From: Marsupella aquatica
Taxonomy: Eukaryota > Plantae > Marchantiophyta
Length of the DNA stretch: 64,000 bases
Direction of reading: 5' to 3'
Assembly (NCBI GenBank): GCA_973895155.1
Contig: OZ316893.1
Coordinates: 558,860-622,859 of the forward strand
Each line of letters opens with the position of its first letter. Position 1 is the stretch's first letter. Shown here one piece after another: positions 1-12,804 of this stretch. The notes beneath the pieces were generated by a model that did not search any database, had not been told where the DNA came from, and saw only the letters and a program-made list of their open reading frames with translations. A program made the translations under genes and the position numbers.

Positions 1-275
1 TGCAAATGAGCCACTACTCCTCGCGAGCGGTCCTTACCCCTCTCCTCCTAAGGTTCTCCCTCCCGTTGGTTACCCCTAGCCACTGGCACTTAGTGTGCCC
101 TAACCCTAATCGTATTCTCTCCCCTGGCATCGTTACTTCCTGCCTCGGCTCGGGTTCCATAGTCACCCTTAATTGTTTATATTTTCCTTATTTATGTAAC
201 TATACTAAGGTGTTTCTAGGGTACACTTCCCTTTTCCCCTTAAACTAGCCCAGTGATTCCTGGCTAGGCATCACA
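1..275 (-). mobile_element. 5' end of a family-A TG...CA element (giant solo-LTR-like), running off the window start
   Basis: The reverse complement of 1-275 begins TGTGATGCCTAGCCAGGAATCA and is colinear with 27762-28036 of the complete copy. Confidence 0.9.
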
Positions 276-358
276 CCGTTGAAGCTCGCATGTTATTAGT
301 GTCCACCGATCATAGTCCTTTGGTAGTCACTACATCAACCTTTTGGACTCACTAGATC

Positions 359-537
359 GATAAAGGTGCTGACCTTGTCAATAAAGGTGCGGACCTTGTC
401 GATAAAGGTGCGGACATTGTCAATCTGGTTGCGCACTTTAAGGCAAGGTGCAAACATTGTCGAGCTAGGTGCGGACCTTACGGCAAGGTGCGGACGTTGT
501 CAAGCTGTGTGTGGACATTGTCGAGCTGGGTGCGACC
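359..537. repeat. Degenerate ~21-bp minisatellite (AAGGTGCGGACCTTGTCGATA-like)
   Basis: Repeated ggtgcggac(c/a)ttgtc units at mostly 21-bp spacing; they produce the repetitive ORF 'VRTLSIK' in the track. Confidence 0.85.
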
Positions 538-1084
538 ACATGGAGAGGAAGGAACCAATGTCATTGGACGAGATGCTTGCCTTCTTCAGTCCTTCCCGAG
601 TTTGACCGATGGAGAGCCACTTCAGCTCCTTCGAATCAGTTCGTGTCGACACTGAGACCAAGACATCGACATTTTGGAACCATAATTCTCTTCCTTATGA
701 TGAGGCAATTAGTTTTGGGGAGAGAAATATTCCGTGGACTGGAGACCGACAGACTCCACACAAATTTGCGGATCAGTTCTCATTTCATGAAGTTGTTCCT
801 GCTGATGGTCAGCAGCCCATTGAACGTCGTGTGCAAGAGTGATTGGGGCGCATCGACTTCCTTGATGCAAATTTTCCGGGCCCCGGCCAAGCTCATGCTG
901 AGCGTCGAGTTCCCTCTACGAATTATATTCGGCTCAGGGGTTTAGGATTCAAGAGAAACTACAAGCGGGCGAGGGCGGGAGTCGATGATGACTGTGAATC
1001 ACAGAGCTAAAGGTGTTCCAATCGCAGGTGCTTAGGATATTTGGGAGTGCATCCATATGCCGATTAGGTTTCTAGGCAGTGATA

Positions 1085-1460
1085 TTTAAGCTAGCGCCGA
1101 GCGCTGCTAAAGCTGGATGCTTTCCATCTCCATTTTTCAGTACTCAATGTTTTGTTAGGATTGGTAATCTGGGTAATATGTGTTCGCCCATTTTGATAAG
1201 GAATGCTTTTTGGATCGACCCAATTCCCTCTCCATGGCGTTACACATGGAAGGGCGGGATTTGTTGTTTTGAGCTAGCGTCGGGAGCTACTTATACTCAT
1301 TGCTTTTTGTTGCCCATGTAATCTCGGTGATATGTTTTCGCCCATTTTTGAAGTAAATGAATTTTGGATCGGCTCAATCTCCAATGTCTGGTTTTCCTCT
1401 CGATGCCGTTAAACATGGATTTTGGGAATTTGAGGTTTAAGCTAGCAACGAGATCCGGAT
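1085..1460. repeat. Imperfect ~180-bp tandem duplication
   Basis: The blocks 'agctagc', 'ttcgcccatttt', 'ttttggatcg' and 'cgtta.acatgga' recur about 170-190 bp apart. Confidence 0.6.
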
Positions 1461-1800
1461 TTTGTTGTTGTATGACCCTGCCTCTGTTGATTTGAATTGC
1501 CTCATTTTAAGCCGCTCATTGTCTTCTCGATTGAGGTTATGTAGATTTTAGTTGACTTTTCCCTTCTTCTATGAAACCCTACAACCTTTCCATTCGGTTC
1601 ATTGAGACCAGCGCTGGGCGCTGGTAATCATCGTAAATTTCGGTCGGACTACCTGATGGGATATTTTCTCCGGAATGAGACGGTTTTAATGAAAGTGACT
1701 CAAATAGGCTTTAATTTTGATTGTTTGGAATCCTTTTTTTGGTCCGATGTTTTCGGTTTTTACCTCCAATTCTCCTAGTATCAAAAACTGTTTCCTGTTA

Positions 1801-4227
1801 CTATTTCCTGGTTCCTGTCTTTTGTAAATACCTTGACCCATTGCAGACTGGACCATTTCCGTTTCCACACCTTCGGAAGTGCCAAGTCCCAAGTGGTATG
1901 TCTACTTCATGTACAGCTGGTATTCGCCGAGGTGGAATATGAATTGGTTCCCCTGTACCAAGAGGAGATACAGCTTCTTCATGCAACGGCCTTGGAATTT
2001 CTTGAGTGTCATCAATTGACATATCAGTGCCATTTTCTTCATTATCAAAAAGAAGGATCACAACAGATGGGTCCAAAACAACTTCTGGACCTCTAGACGA
2101 CATTGAGTGATGGAGTATTCCGGAAGTTTCCAAAACATCTTGCTTATCTTCCACCACTTTCACACTTCCAAAATCCGAATATAGATTTCTAGGATGTACC
2201 CCCCTAGTCACTGCCTCGGTTCGCATTACCCTATCATGTCGATGAGAGTCTTCAGCACCAACTCTTGCCGAAGCAGGACCTTTTCGCTTTCCAGACTTTG
2301 TGCAAAGATCCCTGTGAAGTGGTTGGGTATGATGGAAATCATACTTTGGAGACGACTCAAGCAAAAGATTTGATGCTTTCTCAAAAGCATCAAGAGATCC
2401 AAGAGTATCTGCATTCCGATATGCAAGTTCAAAAATGGTTGGTCCATGTCCCTTGTGACATCCCTCAATGTACGCAGCAAAGGCAACAATCTGTCCACCA
2501 GCTCGATTTTGGTCCAATTCACAAGCTTCCAACAATCCGATCTTCCTCTTCATTTGACAGGCTCTCATTGACGCATGTACAGATTCCGCTCCAGTACAAT
2601 TTGGCATCAATATTGGATTTGAGTCTGAAATCCAATACAAAAACAACATAAGATTATGTATCATGATGAAAGGCCCCAAACATAAACTCCCACTTAACCA
2701 GAATGCTAGCAACCTCGCTAGCCAACTCAAGTGGTTTACTTCACTTACCAGTCTGAAGTAGTTTCCCCATTGTCGCCAACGAACAACCCACCAGGCAATC
2801 CAACCTTGCGAAGCCCTCAATTTACCATGATGACAATTCCCAGATTTCCACCACTCTTGAATCTTGTCTGCCACTCTGTATGCCTCAACATATGTTGGAG
2901 CGTTCCAAAATTTCTCCCACATCTTGTAATGCTCTGAATGTTTCCCGTCACAAATTCCCTCCAATGTATGACGTCTCAGAGACTGAGACAAATGGAATGC
3001 ATCACTATGTTCTCTTTCTGGGAACCGGACACCATCAAAGAAAACATTTCTCACAGCAATCCATCCAGCTTCAGCATTGTCAGCCATAAAACCTGCTATC
3101 TCTACCTCACTAATACCATTCTCGGCAGCAACCTCCAACATTAAACGCCATGCAGTTTCCAAAGAGTCAGCATCCTCAGCTTTCAATTCACAAGTGAATA
3201 TTGTACAAAGGGCACGTTAAGTGTGATCATAAACATGAGCACTGAAAGTGAGCCAACCTGTTGTTATCCTATGCATCACGTCAAAACTCACCCATGCCCC
3301 CTCTAAAGTTCCTCCTCTTTGCATGCGACGGAGAATGTCAACACCTGAACCTGGACCCTTGGTACTCATCTTGAACACATGAGCCCGGATGGACTTCCCA
3401 GCCTGTCCCGGGAACATGAACCTCTAAAGGAATGGAAATTTCACACGCGTTTGCATCTCACAAAGTGAATCCAACTCACCTTTCTTGGGATTTCCTATCT
3501 TAACACTTCAAAAAATTGCATGGAACTTTGCCGGCGATGACACAACTTTCATTGAATTCCACAATTCAACCTCCTCTTCTTTTGAAAGATCTTGGCATGA
3601 CTTGGGATGCAAAAGCGATATCAATGTCTATCCCTATAGAAATGTTCTTCACCCTGGAGGGTGTTGCTAGTGGATGAGCTAGTTGGACGCCTTGAATAAC
3701 TTCTTCCGCTTTCTTCTTGGAAACTCGACACTTCCCAGTTCAAACTTGATGATCATGAAATCCCATATGCACAGCAAGTCGAGACATATGCTTTGATATA
3801 TGTGAATCCAAGGCCGGTTTTGCGTACACATAAAACATCTTAGCAGGACAGGGCCTTACACAAAAAGGTCTTTTGTCACAAAACCCGCAAACCAAACCTC
3901 CTTCAGGAACAAGGGAACCCGGCTGGAAGACATCTGTAAGAAGAGACCTTCCTGGGAATGCAGCTTCATTCTTGGCCCCAGTCTCTTTGAATTTTGAACA
4001 ATTCAAATTTTGACATTGAATAACACCTGTGCAGCGGACCTTGAAACAGACCAGTGGTTGCGTGGCTTCAGATTAGCAGATGTGGTGACCAATCTTGTCC
4101 ATGGATATCCATCATTATCACGGTCCATGTCTAGAAGCCCTTGCCCTCGACCAAATCTAGATTCCACCGGAGGAAGCTCATAGACCTTGTCTCCATTGTT
4201 ACTTTTGGGAAGCCGATCAACTTGGAA
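1801..4227 (-). pseudogene. Mutator/MULE-type DDE transposase with an N-terminal GCM/WRKY-like Zn finger; frameshifted and 5'-truncated
   Basis: Motifs across the minus-strand ORFs: CGFC...C...RLAVHMGFHDH (Zn finger), WVSFDVMH (D1), FMADNAEAGWIAVRNVF (D2), SDAFH (CxxH-like), NCTGAESVH (E). Probable intron ~2628-2749 (gtaagt...tttcag). Coding similarity stops abruptly at ~4227, where family-A sequence begins. Confidence 0.75.
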
Positions 4228-7200
4228 GCGCGCTAAGCGTCGGCGGCTAGGAAGGATCAACGGGAGGAAGGACCGGAAGAGGAGAGGGGTAAGGAGCGCT
4301 TGCAGGAGATGGTGGCTCATTTGCGAGCATGAACTAGGCAGACGACTATGTGAGGCCAACTACTGTCAGCTGCTTAGGCAAGCACTCGGGGAGAGAGTAC
4401 ATACCGACGATCGACCTAAGGAGGGTGTGAGCAACGTCAATCAAGCGACACATTTCTGGGGATGCCTGTTCGAACGGGCAACTGAGTACATCAAGACTTA
4501 CGAGGACGAGGAATCAGAAAGGGCCGCTTGAGAACGGCAAGAGCTCGCTCGATTGTGGGAGCTGCAGAGGACGGCTTTCTTAGGAGGCAAACTCATCAAC
4601 GCCGAGTTCTTGTGGACTCCTACTTCCAATCAGCTCGACGATCTTCTGTTTTGTGAAGACAGAATCATCGGCATTCGAGAGGCCATCAAGAACTGCAACG
4701 ACATACACTGGGAATTGAAGGGTAGCACGGAAAGGTGGACCCCGGCAACGGTTCTAGGAGAAACCTCCACTGCAGTAGAGATGAAGAGGAAGGGAGCCGT
4801 CAACAATGAAGCCACCCCGGCAAAAAGAACAAGGTCGGCGGCACCAAGGAAGCCAGCCGAGCAGCAGAGCAGGAGGCAGGGAGAAGCCGAAGAGGAGGAG
4901 GTCGATCCCATCAATGCCATTCCAACTAGGGATGACACCTGGAAAGGCTGGGCAGCAACCCTACCGGTGGAGGTGCAACTACATTTTGCACGGGAGGAGG
5001 ATGCATGCTTTACGGCCATGCAGACCAAGAAGTACCAAGGCTTCATGGCCGGATCCGGCTTAGAGGCCTTTGTAAGATTACCATGGCTGAAGCCGGAGGT
5101 GCCGGATTCAGACTTATTAGAATTCGTGGGGTCATGGGAACCCGAGAACAATTCCACGAGGATATATGGGAAGGATTTCTATCTTACTCCCAAGGTGATT
5201 GCCGAAGTGTTTGGCTTGCCGATAGGCAATAAGACCAAAGTTGATACCAGGAAGACCTTGCCTGACAAGAAGTTCCGGTCGTTCCCTGGGCCATCAACGA
5301 AGGATGGCTTCTTCCGGAACACCTGCACCAACCCGCACATAGGAGAGATGATCGACTTCTTGCGGGTGACCATGCATTGTAACTTGCCGAGGGCAGAGAT
5401 CGGCAAGGCACAGGTCTATCTGGCAGAGAGGCCAGGCCCAAGCCGGGACTACAACGGGTACCTCCTCAACCAATTGAAGAAGATCTTAAAGGAGGAGCAG
5501 CAGGTAATCGGCGTGGGGAGTGTGTCGCGGCTTGGCTATCACATGCCGCTGTTGTGCCGGTATGCCAGAGGTCAGACCTTTGCCCCGGTACTTCCCCTGC
5601 AGGTAAGGGCACCCGAGGAAGCTCCAGCACCGAGGCCGGTAGCAGAGAAGCCTCAACCACCTGTTAGCCCTACGATCGAGCAGGTGTGTAGGCCAAGGAC
5701 GGAGGACTTGCCGATGCAGCAACTAGGCATGCAGAATCTGCTGAAACTACTGGAGAAAGAGAAGAGATCGGCATCGGCAACGACAACGGCAATGGCAACA
5801 ATGCAGGACACTGCTCCAGAGGTAGGCCTACACCGGCTTACAAGGGAAAACCCCTTTACTGGAGACAAGGAGAGAATCAGGCCAGAATCCAAGCCGGGTG
5901 TTCGAATGTACGTAGGAGTCTCAAGCTCTGAATCTGAGGCAGAATTTCCTGAAGCTCCTACGGACGAAGAGGAGAGGGAGAAGCCGGAAGTCCAAGGAGT
6001 AGAGGAGGCAGTGGAGGACTGCAGCCATGATAACTCCGGCTATGGGTCGGACCATGACGTTCCAGGAGTAAGGACCTGTGGCCGGTTTATCCCCACACTT
6101 CCAAGGGTAGTACGAGGGGACCCCAACCAGTAGAGTAGCCCTGAGTCTCCCCCACCAGATGTTGCTCCCCCGAGCTTTGACGGCATAAAACAGACGACGC
6201 AGAAATTTCAGGAGCGAATCAGGCAGGAAGAGGAGGCAGCCCTGGCTAGAGAAAAGGATTTTCCAGGAGGAGATTGGCCGGAGGACATCAAGCGGCTAGC
6301 CGAAAAAGGAAGCAAACCTCTAGCCACGATTGAAGAGATCCGCAAGACGGCTTGGGAGCAGAGGCCGCGGTGGATGATGCCGATGACTTCTACTTCCTCC
6401 ACCTATGCTAAGGACAGAGCCATGGAGTACGGGGAGATGTGTGGAGAACTGGCGCTCAGCATATTTGGGGAGGAGTTGGAGCAGGGACCCTTTTACCAGA
6501 GGGAGATGTTGGAGAAGCGCCAATTAGAAGAAGCGGTGGCCTTGGAAAGAAGCAAGAAGGACGAGGTCATCCGTCGGCTTAGGGAAATGGAATCCGAAAT
6601 CAAGGACCTGAGGGTGGCCAAGAAAGCCCAAGATGAGCTGCGGATTAAGCGGCATGAGCTAAATATCATGTAGGGCCAGTTGGATCCCGCACAATCTGAT
6701 AATCGGATGATCGAGAATCTACTAACGCGGACCCAAGGAGAATTGGCCGACGCAATCAAGGACAGGGAGAAATGGAAGAAGGAGCTGAGGAATGCAGAGG
6801 AGGCCCATATAACAGCCAACAACCGGGCCATGGCGGAGACCCAAAGAAAGGAATGGGCGTTGAAGGGGGAGCTCGAGAAAATCCGCGGAGCCCTTGAGCA
6901 GAAGGAGGCCGAGTTAGGGAAATCCTATCAAGGGATTATGGCGCTGCAGCAGGAGCTTGCATCCCTGACGGCCAGCTTCAAGGCCGACCTAAGGGAGAAG
7001 GACGAGATGCTCGATCAGACTTACGCCAAGATGAACCAGATGGAGTCTGTCATCATTGCAGAGCTCGACAAGGAGCTAAGAGCAACCCGGGAGGAGAGGG
7101 CTACCACCAAGAAGGAATTGGAGGAAGTCCACAGGAAATTGGAGGAAGCTAAAAACGAGCTAGAAGAGGCGCGCAAGGACCTGGATGAGACCCAGGAGGA

Positions 7201-8736
7201 GTTGGAGGAAATCACGAGGAAGATGGAGAACCTACAGCGGCGGGCCGACAACCAAACAGAGCGGCTGAAGAAACAAGCCGCAGTATTTAAGTGCTTGTCT
7301 TCATCAGGCCCAACTCCAATTGGGGCAACCAAGTTACCAGGTGTGGTACTGGCCGAAGAACAAGCCGCACCACCTGCACCAGTGACGGAAGTAAGTGGGA
7401 AGGGGAAGGGACCAGCTGCCGAACCAGAAAAGAAGAAGAAGCGGAAACCTTCAGGGTCAAGGAGTAATACAACTCCACTGGCCGTGGTGACCAAGGAGGT
7501 AGACCCAGCACCAACCTCCGGCATGAACACGGCAATAGATCCCGCTATCACCAAGGGTGGGGATGGCGCGGCCCAAGCCGAACTACTCAATAATGAGGCC
7601 GGTATCCCAGATCCGCCTCTTGAGCAGGCCGGGGAGACCATAGCCGAGGCTGAGGCCGTAGCCAAGAATGATTCCCGAGCCGACGCCGATGCCGATGGTA
7701 GACCCAGTCAGGCCGATGGAGAGTTGACTCAGTCAAGGGCAGGTAATCTGTTAGAGAATGAACCTACGACAGTGGCTGGGGAGGAAGCGTTGGGGGCGTC
7801 CATTGAAGATCCACCACCGGTGTCGTGACGGTGCAAGGGCGCCGTTCCTTTTAGGAAGGGCGGACGTGGAGGTAGGAGGCGTGAGTGGGCAGGGCGAGCG
7901 CTGATCTCCAAGTTTAGGATTAGGATCAGGACCAGGAGGCGGCCCTGACACTTAGCTTAGTGGGATTGCGGTTCCACTGGCAGGAGCAACACTTGTGCTC
8001 CTGCCTCGCTGTACAGTTAGGTAGATTACAGGTAGGATAGATTAAGCTTACGCAGCAAGTTCTGGACAGATCCACTGCCAGGATAAATACCTGGGCAGCA
8101 GGGAGCTCAGGGCCTCTTCTTTAGCAAGTTTTTAGTTTGCACCAGCCGGGCTGGGATCAAGTAGTAAGAGAAGCTCTCGGTTAGTCATACAGTGACCCTT
8201 GTGTATATTCATGTTTCCTCATGCCTAAGAGTTGAATAGAGTTGGCCTCACGGCTTAGTTCGCAGGGCTTGTGTATGAGATGTACTGTTTGTATGGCAAG
8301 TGCATGGTATGACTCAGTCAGAAGGAGTTATTTTGCTATTTGTGTGTCGCATTAACTTGTGTGAAGAGTGCCCACATCAACTAATAGAAGAAGGAAAGTA
8401 AGCAGGGGAGTGAGAGTTGGATGTGTCAAGCTGAGAGAGGTCTTAGCGGCTTAACCAAGCCTATTGGGGATCATTCCGGTGGCGGAATCCAAACATACCT
8501 AACAAGACGGAGGGGAAGACAAGGGAAGGCCTAGATTAGGCCGGCTACGTATCTCATGACCCGATGAAGGATCTGTCCAGTATATGTGTGTAAAATGTTA
8601 ATAGTAGTAGTAGAAGGAGGTTAGCAGCGTCCCATGCCGCTAAGCCGCTGAAACGGCCTCGCCAAGCGCGAAACCTGCGGGAATCGGCTTGAGCTAGGGG
8701 GTTTCTTGGGTTCAGGGAGCCATGGGACACACCACA
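4228..8736 (+). mobile_element. Family-A TG...CA element, copy A1, missing ~180 bp at the 5' end
   Basis: Colinear with 27942-32473 over the whole length; ends in GGGAGCCATGGGACACACCACA like the complete copy. No TSD can be tested because the 5' end is deleted. Confidence 0.9.
4232..7828 (+). pseudogene. Single ~1200-aa reading frame of element A1: Athila/Tat accessory-ORF-like 'plant transposon protein' domain plus long coiled coil; three nonsense codons
   Basis: ORFs 4187-4531, 4553-6133, 6374-6673 and 6680-7828 are all in the same frame. The stops at 4529, 6131 and 6671 align to CGA, CAG and CAG in copy A2. Motif GLEAFVRLPW...LLEFVGSW...RIYGKDFYLTPKVIAEVFGLP, followed by an E/K-rich heptad region. 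Confidence 0.75.
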
Positions 8737-8760
8737 CCCTTCCATTTTCTTTATCAGCCG

Positions 8761-11700
8761 ATGGCAAATTTTGCATCACCAGAGTCTATCTCTTCTCAAG
8801 CTTCACAGTCTGCAACTTCTCAGCGTCGAGAGACAAGGTCTTCGACTACCAACAAGGCACTAGCTTCGGGTTTGAAGACACCTCGTCGAAGGAAACTTGT
8901 TGATCCAATGGAGATTTTGCCACCACCGATGGAGTCTTCTAAGTTGGAACCGTTCTCCGTGGTGATCAACCGTCACCTCTACCACTTTGGGCCAAACAAA
9001 TTTGGGTATCCCCTTGTTCCTCCTCGAATTCCACTGTGTAGGATGCGAAACATGCAGCCTGTCAGGTCGCTGCAGACTGATTCCAATGCAATTGAAACGC
9101 TCAAGAATGAGTTTCGAGCTCAGGGTTACATTGAGGATGCGCCCAGGTTTTACGTTCAGATGACGAACAAGAACGGTGAGGTTCAGTTCATCAATGACAC
9201 CATTCGAATGGGTTGGGATCCGATATGGGCATTGCAGAACGAAGATTTCGAGAGAGAGTGCGATTCTCATCCAGACTTTGCTGTATTGAAGGACAAAATG
9301 TTTCACGTTTTTGATGGTAATCATCGTCTATACTCGTGGAATCTACTGGCCATCGAGAACCCACATGATATCAAATATCATCCTCGTGTTGTCACCAAGA
9401 TTTTCAAAGGGGAGAAAGACACGTTTGTGCAGATTGAATCTGCAATGCATGCCCTGAACCGGTGAGCACCAGATCTGTTCTGATTGATTCAATGCTGTCT
9501 GTCACTTCACATTTTGGGTTTTCTTATCTCTGATTTGTACTCGAAACATCTTTGATACTTTTGTTCATTGGCAGGCTCACTCAATGCCACGTTGAGAATT
9601 CATGGGTCCTAGAAGCAGATCGTGTCCAGAAGATACTGAACACGGACTTGTCGATCTACAAGGATTTGATTGATGCAGACAATTTCAAGTTGTTCCAACA
9701 AAAGATGCAAAATGTGAAGAAACCCTCCTGGTATTCAAAAAATATGACCCTGGATGCTTGTACTTACATTCTATCAGCTGCAAATATAGCTTCCCAGACT
9801 GCAGATTTGCAGAAGAAGTTTTCTCTCAAGGAGGATCTTGGAGAACCTTTGTCAAAAGCTGTGAAGGACACTGCTCTACGAGAAATGATGAAGGAGCAAC
9901 TATCTGATTGGAATGTTAAAGTTCCAAAAATTGCTCCTCTTCTCAATCCCGAATTCGGGGATTTCTTTCAGAAATGTGTGGAGATGCACAACTACTGTGA
10001 GAAAGAACGGAAGGAAGCACAAAGGACTGATGATAAAGGGAGAGGCAATGTCTCATGTGGTCTTGATCGAGCGAGGCTTTTTACCGGGGTAACATCTCTC
10101 AGCCCACTGCTTCGTTGCAATCTACTTGAAGCGCTGTGCAAGCCCGAGCTACGGAAGCAATATTTTCATCCTGGGCAATTCTCAGATAGTGAGACTAAAC
10201 TCTGGCTGCACAGGTGGGCTACGTGGGAACAAGTAGAGTCAATTGCTAGATCTCTTTTGTCCGAAGCTGTTTCAGAAATGATTCTAAGTGTCCCTGAATC
10301 TCGAGTTCTTTTAGCCTCAGAGAAGAACAAGGCATCACTTGTTCTTGATATTAGTGATGAGTTTGAGGGCTTTTTGCAGCGAGTTAAATCCAGGTTTTTC
10401 AAGAGCATTTGGGCCCCAAAAGTAGGGGAAAAGATAGACATTGTTGCATTTCGGAGAAGGGTAAAAAGATATGTATACCGATGTTTTGTTGATCGGGAGG
10501 ACGGTGGCCAATCGAGCATTCTGGTGGTGTTACCCTGCGTGTTTCTCCCAGTGGGCCGAATACGTGACTGACGATTTAGGAAATAAAAAATGTGGCGACT
10601 ACTCAATGTACCCTTGTGAGGACGTTGAGCCACTCCGGAAGATGAGTGAATGGGAGGTTTTACACTATCCATGGTACTTAGATTCAGAGAATTGGTCACT
10701 GACATTTGATGGGACAGAGAAGCTTGCTTTGCAGAAGATAATTCGTGGGTTAGTCCCAGAGTTTTATATTTCTAAATCAAAAATGCCCAGCCTCGAAGCA
10801 GTGCAGGCCGGGTGTGAGGCGATGGAGCAGGCTTGCCTTGGTGTTGCACCAATTGTTGATAGAAGCCGTTCCAGAAATTGAAGAAGGACGTTGTGAAGGA
10901 GGTGTCGAAAGAGACCTCTCAGGTTTCCGGCAGGAGAAGTAAGTGTGCTCATCGTCCTAACTCTCCATTGGCTTCTAATGTTTAGTCCTTTCTTTGCAAA
11001 TTCTCATTTTCTGAGGTTTTTGGTTCTCTTTTGTTTTCCAGAAAAGAGAAGGTCGACTGGTTCAGAGAGTGTCCAGACCGTGCAGAATCGTGGGCGACAG
11101 GATCCCATTGAACCTGAATCTCTGGATTTTGAGATTGTGACGAAACCGATTGGTGATAAGCTTAAGAAGAAGAGAAAAGTTCAAGTGCTCTCAGATTCAA
11201 AAGATGAGGAAGGGTCGATTAGTGAGGGTGTGATGAGGATATGTGGACTTCAACTGGATGGGAATCGACATTTCTTTGCCAAGAGTAATTTACGTTTCAT
11301 AGCAGACTCCATTGCTTTGAAGAAAGTTTGACCTTCGTGGATGGGGGAGGGGGATCGATGGCTGAGTGAGATTTTGAGTTCTTCAGAACATCCGAATCCC
11401 CTAAGAATCAATGGCAAGCCTTACACCGGTACCAGTGCCCATCTTGGGTTCATTGCTCTTCCTACAGGACTAAGGCCTCGTGTTACTGCTGTGAAGGTGC
11501 CAGAATGGAATGTTTGGATGGAGAAACTTCCTTATTACTTCTTCGGAGTCATGAGGCCCAGGCTGTCCGATGATGGATATGTGGCTGTTCTCCATAGTGG
11601 AGAATTTAACCACATGAAGCAGATTTTTGCTGCCATTGAGCAGAAGAATAAATTCAAACATCTTCGCCAGTACCACGTTTTGTTGAGTAGCCCAATGTGG

Positions 11701-12804
11701 ATGCCAGACATCGATGTTGAGGTGAGATGTCAAGAGTTTTTGGTTTAAATTATAGGTGGTTTTTTGCCAGCGAGGTTGCTAGCCTTCACAGCCTCAATAT
11801 TTGACATATTGTTTGCTTTTCCAGGTTTGCAATCTCAGTCTGGATGTGTTTTGTCGAACTGAATTTGATGGGAAGATCCCCAAGGACCCGAAGTACATCC
11901 CCATGGCAACATCCGAGGATGCATCTCATAAGAAGTTACTCAGTCTTTGTTACCCAAAAATCAATGTCAGGATTGAGTTAGCTTTTGCAGGGTCTTGTCG
12001 ATTATCTATTGGATTCATGCAGGCGGTGATGGAGCTTTTGACAAAGCCAAGAGACATTGTGCTAGATTGGAATGTTGGAGATGGAAGTTCATTCCGAGCG
12101 GGGGAACTCTCCGGGAGGTTTGTAGTTGGGGTTGAGGATAGGGAATTTCTCCATGATGCTGCGCAGGAGTCGTTGAAGTTGGTTCTGGATCGTCATAAGA
12201 AAATTGAAGACATCACTGTCGGGATGGGTACTGAGTCATTGGAGGACGGGGATTCAGATGACGAGTTTACTCTTGCCGGATCGAGTGGTGGAAGAACGAA
12301 AGTTCCTGCTCCGGATGGGAAAGATGACCACGATGAATTTGACTTGGAGTAATGTACTTATCCTGTCTCATACCAAATCCAACTGTGTTTAGAAAGTTAA
12401 GTTCAGTTTTTTCCACCTTGAATTAATCGGCTGCTGGTTTTGCTTCTTACAGTGATCGGCGTGTAGATTGGTTCTCGGAGGAGAGATTTTGGCTCCGAAA
12501 GGAAATTGAGGGCGCTTTTCTCTTCTCGCCTGAGAAATCGTTCACTCTACCTTGCTATGCGGAGAAGTCTGCAATTGAAGCAGATGAGACTTTTGTTATG
12601 ACTTGGGAAGGAAAAGGTCGGAGGTCATACCGTGGCGCTCGGAGGAATTTGTACAGCCTTCCTTTCATGGATGTTGAGGCGGGTCATGTGAAGAGATATG
12701 TGGACGAGTCCGCTGAGTCAACTGATAGGGAGTTTAGCAATGCGGAAATCAATAGTAGTAGTAGGAATGATTTGGAATCAGATGAAAGTCATTCCACAAA
12801 TTAG
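8761..12804 (+). pseudogene. Spliced gene: ParB/Srx-like N-terminal domain plus C-terminal beta-class N4C/N6A DNA methyltransferase-like domain; two apparent frameshifts and one in-frame stop
   Basis: ATG at 8761. GT-AG introns at 9462-9574, 10939-11041, 11722-11824 and probably ~12349-12452. ParB/Srx-like motif FHVFDGNHRLYSW. MTase-like segments in beta order: HLGFIALPTG (motif IV position), RPRLSDDGYVAV, and MELLTKPRDIVLDWNVGDGSSFRAGELSGRFVVGVED (motif X/I/II). Lesions near 10485, 10860 and 11329. Confidence 0.7.

Noticed and set aside
359-537. CRISPR-like array
   Set aside because: Tandem units without unique spacers, no cas genes, and a eukaryotic context.
960-1700. Left TIR of the putative MULE
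   Set aside because: GAGGG at 971 and GATGGGATAT at ~1655 match the 13135 end too weakly and give no TSD.
4630-7665. Long antisense ORFs in elements A1 and A2
   Set aside because: Shadow frames of the GC-rich sense ORF; low-complexity Ser/Phe/Leu translations.
6680-7828. SMC/myosin/tropomyosin host gene
   Set aside because: Generic coiled coil inside a repeated TE unit; no ATPase or motor motifs.
1-8741. 1-275 and A1 as two halves of one inverted element (flanks ccgtt and ccctt look alike)
   Set aside because: The pieces overlap by about 95 bp of diverged element sequence, and the orientation-corrected flank (aacgg) does not match ccctt.
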